IMG/VR virus record: IMGVR_UViG_3300003629_000001
Origin: a virus
Strand: one strand, 5' to 3'
Length of the DNA stretch: 64,000 nucleotides
Every line of letters begins with the position of its first letter. Position 1 is the stretch's first letter. Under the pieces are notes generated by a model that had not been told where the DNA came from, did no database searches, and was given only the letters and a program-made list of their open reading frames with translations. The position numbers and the translations under genes are program-made. Of the stretch, positions 56,252 to 64,000 are shown piece after piece.

Positions 56252-57721
56252 ATGGTTCAATGGGATGTAACGGTCGGAAGCGTCACGCTGGATAGTATCT
56301 TCGACGTTTCCTACAACAACGGACGAACGGAAGGACTCGGTGAAGCAACCGTCGTCTGTGGAAACAACACGAATAATAGGGCTATCGAATCCGGCGACGA
56401 AATACAAATCTCGAAGAACGGTACGCTTGATTACCGAGGGTACATTATCGGGAAGCCGACCAAAGCCGGAGCGAGTCGAACAGAGTTAGAAGTTAAGGCT
56501 GTGGATAAGCGGATGGAACTCAAGCACCAGCAGGTCAACCGCGTCTTCTATGAAACCGACACCGGTGAAATCATCCGAAAAATCCTAAATGAGAAACTGG
56601 TTCCGTTCAGTTTCAGCAACGACCTTGGTGAGTTTATCCACAAAGGGGAATCGGCGTCAGAATGGGATACAAACATCCCAAAATCAAGCGAAGGGGGGAT
56701 TGTATCTCTCTCACTCGAAAACCAAGGGAGCGATTTCATGTTTTTCGGGTGGCCGAGTGGTTCCGGGTCGCAAGACTCCTATCACGCGACATACGACTCC
56801 GTTCCAACTGACGCAACTGTTGGGGACGGTCAAGTAGACACGTTCTATACCCGATTAGCAATCAACAACAACGGTGGGCCATTTTCCGCCGAGGTTGACC
56901 TACGAGACAACTTCGGAAACAACTATATTTGGTCGTTGGAACTCCCCGAGTCAGGGTTCACAGAATTTGAACTCAAGGCCGAAGACGCGGTTTCAGACGC
57001 CAATATCGGCTCTCCCGTGTCCACAGACCAAACGTTAGAATACCGATTCAGTATTGACGGAACACTCGCCGGAGCGCGAGGGGTGGCTATCGACTATGCG
57101 TCAGCCATTCCCTTTGAAGTAGATAGTCGTGATACTGATATTACCCCCGGTGGTGTGACAGACAGTGGAAATGTCATTACCCGACGAATTGAGCGAAGTG
57201 CATTTCAGACTCTCAAAGAGTTCGCTGTCGAAGACCAATTTATCTCTTACGTGGACATAGACGACGTTCTACACTACGAGAACGCTGGTCAGAACACCGC
57301 TCGGGAGATTGACTTTTCGAGTACGAATGTCGTTGACGCCGAGTTTAACCGGGATTACCAAGACGTGACGAACAAGGTTACAGTGCAAGGCGACGGTGAT
57401 ATTCGAGTTACGATTCCACAACCAGATTCGATTGAGTTCTACGGTGTTTCGTCCCGCGACGAACCCATTGTAGACACCGAAATCCAAACCGAGGAAGAGG
57501 CAATCCGTCGTGGTCGTGGATTCTTGTCGAACAAGGCATGGGACGACGAAGCGTTCAAATTCGTGATTGCTAACACCGAATATGAATCTGTTTCGCTCGG
57601 TGACGACATACTGGTAAATTGGCCGCCGGAAAATATCGCTGGTACGTTCCAAGTCAGTAACTCCGAGACTGACAAAGACGGACTGGTGACTATCAGTATC
57701 ACCAAACGGGGGACGCTCTAA
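56252..57721 (+). CDS. Baseplate hub / Tal-like protein with internal insertion
   Basis: YRGYI..VKAVD, YVDIDDVLHY, NKVTVQG, SIEFYG motifs. Confidence 0.7.
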   Translation: MVQWDVTVGSVTLDSIFDVSYNNGRTEGLGEATVVCGNNTNNRAIESGDEIQISKNGTLDYRGYIIGKPTKAGASRTELEVKAVDKRMELKHQQVNRVFYETDTGEIIRKILNEKLVPFSFSNDLGEFIHKGESASEWDTNIPKSSEGGIVSLSLENQGSDFMFFGWPSGSGSQDSYHATYDSVPTDATVGDGQVDTFYTRLAINNNGGPFSAEVDLRDNFGNNYIWSLELPESGFTEFELKAEDAVSDANIGSPVSTDQTLEYRFSIDGTLAGARGVAIDYASAIPFEVDSRDTDITPGGVTDSGNVITRRIERSAFQTLKEFAVEDQFISYVDIDDVLHYENAGQNTAREIDFSSTNVVDAEFNRDYQDVTNKVTVQGDGDIRVTIPQPDSIEFYGVSSRDEPIVDTEIQTEEEAIRRGRGFLSNKAWDDEAFKFVIANTEYESVSLGDDILVNWPPENIAGTFQVSNSETDKDGLVTISITKRGTL

Positions 57722-58578
57722 TGCCGGGAGAAGAACTACAAGCCCAGCAGAAACTACAATGGCTGGGATTGAGTAGCGCCGCTGAAAGCCTGTCGGACGT
57801 ACAAGAAGAGGTAGAACTACTACAGCAAAATCTTCCTGATTTCAGTACGTTCCTTGACCACCTTCAGAACGGGTACGACTACAACGGTGACGGAACGAAA
57901 GAATCGTTGGATAGTTACCCCTCTTTTGACGATTATCTCGCTGAAGGGTCTGACTCAATCGGTTTCACCACCGACGAAGCCGACTCGTTCATAGAGAAAA
58001 TCAAGCAAAACTTTAGCGACGAGGATAGCAGTGGTACTTCCTTTGACGAGTTCAAAGAGTTTGTTATCAACGAAACTGTATCGTTCGAGTCGATAAAAAC
58101 CGGCTTCGGAACCAGCACAGAACTCACCAGTGACACAACCACATCCAGTGGTCAGGCGGCGGCGGGTGTTCGATTTCACGAAACTGCTGGTGTCACCCGA
58201 AATGGTGTGAGTGTTCCTGCTGGTACAACCGAAGTGTACGGCAAAGAGGTTCACTTCAGCCAAAGTTCCGCGCCAACTGAAGAGGAAGAAACTGGTTCTA
58301 TCGACTTTAAAAATATCTCTACCAGTGACGATTTCCCCTTTATTGACGAAACTGTCACTATCAGCGTGGATATTGAGAATACGCAAAACGAAAGTGCTGA
58401 CGTAGTAGCAACTTTCCTCGAAGACGGAACTCGAATTGACGCAAGAACGCTCCGTGTCGGAGCGAACTCTACTCGATTCATAAGTTTCGAGATTTCGTAT
58501 GGAACCATGCAATTCCACGAATACTCAATCAAAAATTCGGACACTGTAAGTGTCCAATGGCAATCGCAAATACTCTAA
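57721..58578 (+). CDS. Tail-tip protein with C-terminal Ig/CARDB-like domain
   Basis: ETVTISVDIEN..VGANSTRFISF. Confidence 0.55.
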   Translation: MPGEELQAQQKLQWLGLSSAAESLSDVQEEVELLQQNLPDFSTFLDHLQNGYDYNGDGTKESLDSYPSFDDYLAEGSDSIGFTTDEADSFIEKIKQNFSDEDSSGTSFDEFKEFVINETVSFESIKTGFGTSTELTSDTTTSSGQAAAGVRFHETAGVTRNGVSVPAGTTEVYGKEVHFSQSSAPTEEEETGSIDFKNISTSDDFPFIDETVTISVDIENTQNESADVVATFLEDGTRIDARTLRVGANSTRFISFEISYGTMQFHEYSIKNSDTVSVQWQSQIL

Positions 58579-58585
58579 TTCAACA

Positions 58586-59575
58586 ATGACTAAACGCATT
58601 GACCAATTCGTATCTGAAAACCGTGAAAGTGTCAAGCGGCTGGACTCCACATTCATTCCAATATCCGGTCAGCGGAGTTCCAACTACACGTTTAGCGGAA
58701 ATCAGTTCGAGATTGTCACCTCGGTCAGAGTCTACACCCGCGACCTAAACGAGTCGCTAATCAGCGGCCACCCCAATGGAAGCCGTCATGGGTCAGGTCA
58801 GGGAGATTCCGGCGACTTTCGGGGTTCTTGGACACTGGTGGAAGACGTAGAAAACAGCGAAAAATTCGTCACTGACGGACGAAATATCGTAGCAGAAGGG
58901 CTTGCGGGTCAATCCGAAGCAGTTATCGGAAAAATCTCTGTTGGAAGTGGTACAACAGACGCCACTATCAATGACTCGTCTTTAGAAACACCAAGTGCGA
59001 CTACGTTCGCATATCCGAATCCCGGTGATTCCAGCAACGAGTCAACTGCTGAAGGAATTTTCCTCTTCCAAGAATACGGAGATACTTTTTCGGAGTTCGG
59101 TGCTAAAAGTCGGGCTGGCGACCTATACAACCGTATTACGACGGATACGCTCAATCCGTCGAACGAAAAAGAACTCCGTGTCGAAATTGATTTCGAGGTG
59201 ACAAACGACACGACAGGCACTTCGGTCATAACAGACGTTGGTCAAAATCGGGTAGCCGACTCCCTACGCGCTCTTGATACGGCTATTGGGCTGAACTCTA
59301 TCGCATTTGGCACAGGAACAACCGAACCCACCGCGTCTGATACCGCACTGGAAAATGAAGTGTTTGAGAAAAACGCCCAACGACTACTCTCGTCTGAAAC
59401 AGTCACGGCCAACATGGTTGTTTTCCAACAACAGCCCTCTTCCCAGCCACACGATATTTCCGAGATAGGGGTATTCGACTCAAGTGGCAATATGCTTTGG
59501 CGAGCAACTGTAGACCCGTTCGAGAAAACCAGCAACGTAGAGTTTACGACGAACGTCTCGTTCCGAATTAGATAA
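58586..59575 (+). CDS. Baseplate / tail-collar-like protein with duplicated domain
   Basis: Two copies of [VI]TD.G.N..I..G.GTT....D..LE..SE.G. ATG at 58586. Confidence 0.65.
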   Translation: MTKRIDQFVSENRESVKRLDSTFIPISGQRSSNYTFSGNQFEIVTSVRVYTRDLNESLISGHPNGSRHGSGQGDSGDFRGSWTLVEDVENSEKFVTDGRNIVAEGLAGQSEAVIGKISVGSGTTDATINDSSLETPSATTFAYPNPGDSSNESTAEGIFLFQEYGDTFSEFGAKSRAGDLYNRITTDTLNPSNEKELRVEIDFEVTNDTTGTSVITDVGQNRVADSLRALDTAIGLNSIAFGTGTTEPTASDTALENEVFEKNAQRLLSSETVTANMVVFQQQPSSQPHDISEIGVFDSSGNMLWRATVDPFEKTSNVEFTTNVSFRIR

Positions 59576-59583
59576 GAAAGCGG

Positions 59584-60489
59584 CTACCCTTCGAGGTCAA
59601 CGTCGCCTTCGAGGTTCACGTCTTCACTGTCGCCTTCCGTCTTCGGAGAGTCCGTGTCACCGCCGTCAGACCCTTCCTCGGCGTCGGTCGCGTCTTCGCC
59701 ACCTTCCTCGGGGTTGTAACCGTCAGCGTCCGTCGTCACACCGTCTTCGTTCGCCTTCCGAGCGACCATAGCACGTCGGGCCGCGTCAGTCGCAATCTTC
59801 TCCCGAACCGTGTTCAGCACGTCTCGGTCGATTGCCGACTCGCTGTAGATAGTGCGAACGAACTTCGTAATGTCACCGTAGACCTTCTCGAAGACCTGTT
59901 CTCGCACCGCGCTCGGACTCTTCGGGAGTTCACTTGCCTCTTCGACCAGCGAATCAACGCCAACGTCGTCAGAGGCTTCCTTGGCGAGCGTAGACGCTTG
60001 CTTACCGGGAGCGAGTTCCGACATGGGAACGTCGCGCTCGAAGCGCTCGCGGACGCCTTCAGTCCCCTTCTGAATGGCGTCGTGGGTACGGTCGCCGCTG
60101 GACTCTTCGCGGAGTCCAACTTCAACGTCGCCATGACGAGCGTCCTTGATTAGTTCGCGCATGGCTTCGTCGTCTTCGTCTTCAAGGTCGATACCGAGAC
60201 GTGCGATACCAGTTCGCTTGATTACCTCGCCGTCAGTCGTGGGGTCGTCCACCGTCACGCCTTCCACAGAGCCGTCAGATTCGTCCGTGTCGGATTTCTC
60301 CACCTCGTCGGACTCACCGCCCTCGCCAGTAACTCCGACTGACTCACGGTACTGCTGGACAGCCTCATTGGTACTTTCCTTGCGTTGCTTGACCAGTTCA
60401 TCGAAGGACGCTTCGTCTACTTCCACGTCTTCGAGTTCAACGTCTTCAATCCCGTCAGTGGTATTGAAGTGTGTTTTGTCGCTACTCAT
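59584..60489 (-). CDS. Acidic hypothetical protein
   Basis: Long D/E-rich ORF converging on the tail operon. Confidence 0.75.
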   Translation of the reverse strand: MSSDKTHFNTTDGIEDVELEDVEVDEASFDELVKQRKESTNEAVQQYRESVGVTGEGGESDEVEKSDTDESDGSVEGVTVDDPTTDGEVIKRTGIARLGIDLEDEDDEAMRELIKDARHGDVEVGLREESSGDRTHDAIQKGTEGVRERFERDVPMSELAPGKQASTLAKEASDDVGVDSLVEEASELPKSPSAVREQVFEKVYGDITKFVRTIYSESAIDRDVLNTVREKIATDAARRAMVARKANEDGVTTDADGYNPEEGGEDATDAEEGSDGGDTDSPKTEGDSEDVNLEGDVDLEG

Positions 60490-60543
60490 ACTCTATGATA
60501 AGGTTATTGTGAGCGCCATATAATTCTTCGCTCGTAAAACGGC

Positions 60544-60876
60544 TTAAGTCGCCTCTTCAGCCCACGAAAGGTAGTCCTGAAACCACGGTCTGACAACGAG
60601 TACAGGACATTTCTTTGGCGGATTGCTGATACGTAATTCTTCGATTTCCGACCGTGGCAACCCCAGCACGCCAATAGGGGTATTACTTGACGCGGCTACC
60701 TCGAAGTGATACTCGTCCACCTTGACCATTATATCGTCTTCCTGCTCCCCGGTCGGATACAGTTCCCACTGTAGTTCGAGGAACGTTTGTTCGTTGACAA
60801 CTGGTTCGTTCTCTCTCACTGTTTCAACCTGAAACTCGGATAACAGGTAGCCGTTATTCCACGGTTCGAGGTGCAT
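60544..60876 (-). CDS. Hypothetical protein
   Basis: 110-aa acidic ORF, co-oriented with neighbours. Confidence 0.6.
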   Translation of the reverse strand: MHLEPWNNGYLLSEFQVETVRENEPVVNEQTFLELQWELYPTGEQEDDIMVKVDEYHFEVAASSNTPIGVLGLPRSEIEELRISNPPKKCPVLVVRPWFQDYLSWAEEAT

Positions 60877-60934
60877 TCGTTATTACCCATACTGTGAGAG
60901 GCACTATGCCACTATGTACCTTGGGTCGCCTGTC

Positions 60935-61150
60935 CCTTATCATAATAACTTTATAGTAGTATAGTATAATTGCTGTTGCTGTAGCGGGGCGGTTCTAATA
61001 TACAGTAGGCCCTATAGTATATACTATATTATATATTATATACGATAATACAACCAATAACAGTTGATACTACGATATACAACCACTATAGGTTGAACAG
61101 CACAGCAACCGCTACCGCAAGAGTACAAACGATAATTATGGCTAAAAACA
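60935..61150. other. Very AT-rich intergenic region, candidate replication origin
   Basis: Runs such as TATAGTATATACTATATTATATATTATATAC in a GC-rich genome. Confidence 0.5.
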
Positions 61151-61154
61151 GAGC

Positions 61155-62060
61155 CTATACGTCTTTCATGGACTCAAGGCCAGTTCCAGTGATATTGACG
61201 TGGAACTCAATATCACCCACTTCCGGGTGGTTGGTGATATTAGCCTTACTGAACGAACCTTGGGCGTTCTTCATTTTCAGGAAGTAGTTGACCGAGTGGT
61301 GGAACAGCGACCCGCCGTAGGTATTGTTCGCGCCACCGTAGGCCGAAGGGTTCCCGTAGACCTGTGCGGTCATGAGAACCGGCACTTCCAGATACTCGGC
61401 CATTTGCTCAATCTTCTGTAGGTGACGACCCATAATCTTCGAGCGGGTCTGTAGGTCGCCACGGTTCTCGAACTCGTCCGATAGGCGGAAGCGTGCGGTG
61501 AACGAGTCGATAACGACGAGGGCGCAATCCTCGAAGTGTTCGCTCACCTTGCCGTAGGCCATTTCTTGCTGTTCAAGGTCGTATGCCTTGACACGATGAA
61601 TCAGGTTTAACGTATTTTCGTCATTCGCCATACTCTGTAACCGAGACGGGCTGTATCGGTTTCGCTCCGTTTCAATGTAGACAACGGGCTGTCCAGTGGC
61701 TTCGGCGGCGGCGACGAGAGCCTGAAACGTGACCTGTGTCTTCCCCGCACCGGACTCACCAGAGATAGCGACGACGTTGCCCTGTTGCCAGCCACCGTCA
61801 ATCGTTTCGTCCAGCACGTCCATGCCCGTGGTGATATTGTCTTTTGATTCGTACTCTTCGACTACTTCGTCCCCAGTCTGGACGATTACGGCGTTCTGTT
61901 TCGCACGCCGGATGATTTTGTCAGCCTTGTTGTCCGACATACCCTCGTCCGACAGGTGTTCGACTGTCGTCTGTGCGAGTTCGTCTACGCTGGATATGCC
62001 AGCCGATTCGAGTCGTTCTTCGGTGACGCCGCCGACACCTTTCAAATCTCCGAGTTCCAT
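61155..62060 (-). CDS. radA: RadA-like recombinase
   Basis: N-terminal HhH (LKGVG), Walker A GESGAGKT, YIETE, Walker B VVIDS, GG..FHH. ATG at 62060. Confidence 0.9.
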   Translation of the reverse strand: MELGDLKGVGGVTEERLESAGISSVDELAQTTVEHLSDEGMSDNKADKIIRRAKQNAVIVQTGDEVVEEYESKDNITTGMDVLDETIDGGWQQGNVVAISGESGAGKTQVTFQALVAAAEATGQPVVYIETERNRYSPSRLQSMANDENTLNLIHRVKAYDLEQQEMAYGKVSEHFEDCALVVIDSFTARFRLSDEFENRGDLQTRSKIMGRHLQKIEQMAEYLEVPVLMTAQVYGNPSAYGGANNTYGGSLFHHSVNYFLKMKNAQGSFSKANITNHPEVGDIEFHVNITGTGLESMKDV

Positions 62061-62233
62061 ACATCCGTGATTCGGCTTCGAGCGGGTTAGTTCTTTGGAT
62101 GAAATCACGACAGTAGGGATAATGATAGCGAGAGACGGGTAAACTCGGGTTTACGAACTGGCGTCGATTGAATCTATGAATAATCCCATCCGAAAACACT
62201 ATATGCCTACGTGGAATACATGGAAACGCGACA

Positions 62234-63211
62234 ATGGACGAAGACCAAATTGAAGAACGGCTCGCGGCTTTCGTAGAGGGAACGAACAACGACTTGGACT
62301 GGGCGTGGGAAGTGTACCACAACAAACTCGAACTCGCCAAAGAGCGAGCGGGAGAAGGCGTGGGCGAAGAGACGCTGGCCCCGGCGGCTATCCAAATGGT
62401 TCGCGGCGAACTCGTCAAGGGTTCCCGCACGGGTGGCCCCGTGGAAGAGGTGAACATCCTCTCTATCGGTCAGAGTGGTGTTCAGTCGTGGAACGACGGC
62501 GACGGTGGCAAGAAGGACGTGCTGATTGCCTACGGCGTCGTGAACCCGGAAGACGACCCAGCAGGACTCGGCGTCTTCATTTGCGATTCGGCTGACGGCG
62601 TGGACGTTTACAACTGGAAGGACAAGTTCGGCACGCTTGACACCCTGACGGGGTACTTCCAAGTGGACGAGAGTGACGAACTCTCGAACGTCTACGTTCT
62701 CCGCACGTCGGACGACGCACGCGTGGAAGTTGACGAAGACGACGACATGAGTATGGCGGACAAGCGAGACTACCTTCACAACTTCGTGGACGACAAAGCG
62801 GAAATCGCCACGATTGCGAACTCGCTGTCTGTCACCAACTCTGACGGCTACGCCGCCGAGTTCGGTGCGGACGTGAAGCGTATGGTCGTGACTGTCGTGG
62901 ACTGGTACGCGGGTGACGGGTTCAACACCTACACGGTGCTGGACGACTCCGTTGTGGACGCCGCTGAACTCGGTGACGACGTGGTATCCGACCGTGGCCG
63001 CACGCCGGGTATGACTATCTGGTGTCCTGACGAGTTCTTCAAGTACGGGAACGACTCGCAACTCGAAATCTACGGGACGATTACCCGTGGCGACGACGGT
63101 CAGATTTCGATGAACGCGTGCGGCGTCTTCCCGCTCATTCCGTTCGACCAAGACGAACAGACCAGCGGTGACAGTACCACCGAGAGCAACGTCAGCGAAC
63201 AGAGTATCTAA
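62234..63211 (+). CDS. Putative ssDNA-binding / replication protein
   Basis: Beta-rich repeats with acidic tail, between radA and a Sak4-like ATPase. Fold is inferred only. Confidence 0.45.
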   Translation: MDEDQIEERLAAFVEGTNNDLDWAWEVYHNKLELAKERAGEGVGEETLAPAAIQMVRGELVKGSRTGGPVEEVNILSIGQSGVQSWNDGDGGKKDVLIAYGVVNPEDDPAGLGVFICDSADGVDVYNWKDKFGTLDTLTGYFQVDESDELSNVYVLRTSDDARVEVDEDDDMSMADKRDYLHNFVDDKAEIATIANSLSVTNSDGYAAEFGADVKRMVVTVVDWYAGDGFNTYTVLDDSVVDAAELGDDVVSDRGRTPGMTIWCPDEFFKYGNDSQLEIYGTITRGDDGQISMNACGVFPLIPFDQDEQTSGDSTTESNVSEQSI

Positions 63212-63213
63212 TC

Positions 63214-64000
63214 ATGGCGGACTGGATGGAACAACAGATTTCCGACGCGGACGACTCGGACGACGCTGACGATACCAGCGTCGAAGCGAAAGGTAACGAA
63301 GAGTTCGCCAGTCAGATTCGGACGATGGTAGCGACCGGGAGTGTCGAAAAACTCTCCGTCTCGCTCCTTCGTGACCGACTGGACGAGGTGGACGACGTGG
63401 AAGCCCTCGAAGCAGGGCTGGAAAACGACACGCGAGAAGAGGCACAGGAAGAGTACGAAGACCGACTGGTCGAAATCGGTGAATACGACTACACCGACCC
63501 GGACGAACCCGAGGAAGAGTCCGAAGCGGCTGACGCCGATACCGAGGAAGACGAGTCCACCGACGCATTCCCCGGTAGCGACGACTCCGAGGAAGACGAA
63601 GAGGAACCGACGCCCGGAGTGGACGAGTGTGTTCACTGTGGCGCGTCCATCGAAGACGGTCACTGTCCCGAGTGCGACGGGGACGAGGATTCGGAAGAAT
63701 CTGCTGATAACCCTATCGACACCGAGGGAGAACCCGAACCGGAACCCGAGACGCCGGAAACGACCGAGACGCCTGACCCCGAACCCGAGACGGGTGACGC
63801 GGTGGGTGACGGTGGCTCTTCGGCTGTCGAAGTGGACGTGAAGAGTATCGCGCCCGACGTGATTACGGCTGACGACGCCGCCGAGCGCGACCCGCGATAC
63901 ACCATGCTGGTGTGGGCCGACCCCGGTCAGGGGAAGACGCACTTCGCGTGTACCAGCCCGGAACCGGTCGTTATCATCGACACCGAGGGGAAGGCTGACC
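63214..64000 (+). CDS. AAA_24/Sak4-like ATPase with long acidic N-terminus and Zn ribbon (partial)
   Basis: Not in the ORF track. Manual translation MADWMEQQ...CVHC..CPEC...MLVWADPGQGKTHFACTSPEPVVIIDTEGK shows a Walker A and the IDTE strand. Confidence 0.8.
   Translation, partial: MADWMEQQISDADDSDDADDTSVEAKGNEEFASQIRTMVATGSVEKLSVSLLRDRLDEVDDVEALEAGLENDTREEAQEEYEDRLVEIGEYDYTDPDEPEEESEAADADTEEDESTDAFPGSDDSEEDEEEPTPGVDECVHCGASIEDGHCPECDGDEDSEESADNPIDTEGEPEPEPETPETTETPDPEPETGDAVGDGGSSAVEVDVKSIAPDVITADDAAERDPRYTMLVWADPGQGKTHFACTSPEPVVIIDTEGKAD

Noticed and set aside
63208-63942. ORF-track calls 63208..63942(-), 63341..63841(+) and neighbours
   Set aside because: The real gene is the open-ended plus-strand ATPase starting at 63214.

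Overview
This window is part of a large haloarchaeal head-tailed virus genome, probably a siphovirus: proteins are very acidic, and there is a tail tube but no sheath gene. From left to right it holds thyX, a LAGLIDADG endonuclease, terS, a reverse-strand fibre/lectin cassette, terL, portal, a ~30 kb block of very large genes ending in a MuF domain, regulators, prohead protease/scaffold, major capsid protein, neck and tail genes (with a -1 frameshift chaperone), an AT-rich spacer, RadA, an SSB-like gene and a Sak4-like ATPase. The standout feature is the block between portal and protease (~11.5-41.2 kb), which reads as a modular polyprotein effector array. At least 15 copies of a Lys-preceded tag (K..W[IV]PYxGPxGGEGWQ..RY..PPG) precede 5 HipA/PI3K-like kinase, 7 ADP-ribosyltransferase-like, 1 zincin and 1 ParB-like domains. 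Each toxin class is followed by its own class-specific small module, often at the N-terminus of the next gene: all 5 kinase genes are followed by a 'DGP' domain, and 6 ARTs by an 'IDLT..W'-like peptide. I infer a capsid-packaged, protease-activated toxin/inhibitor chain. Separately, a dyad DNA motif (RRTA-GGGG-TAYY) recurs at least 15 times across the window. All family calls come from motifs read by eye; no database searches were run.
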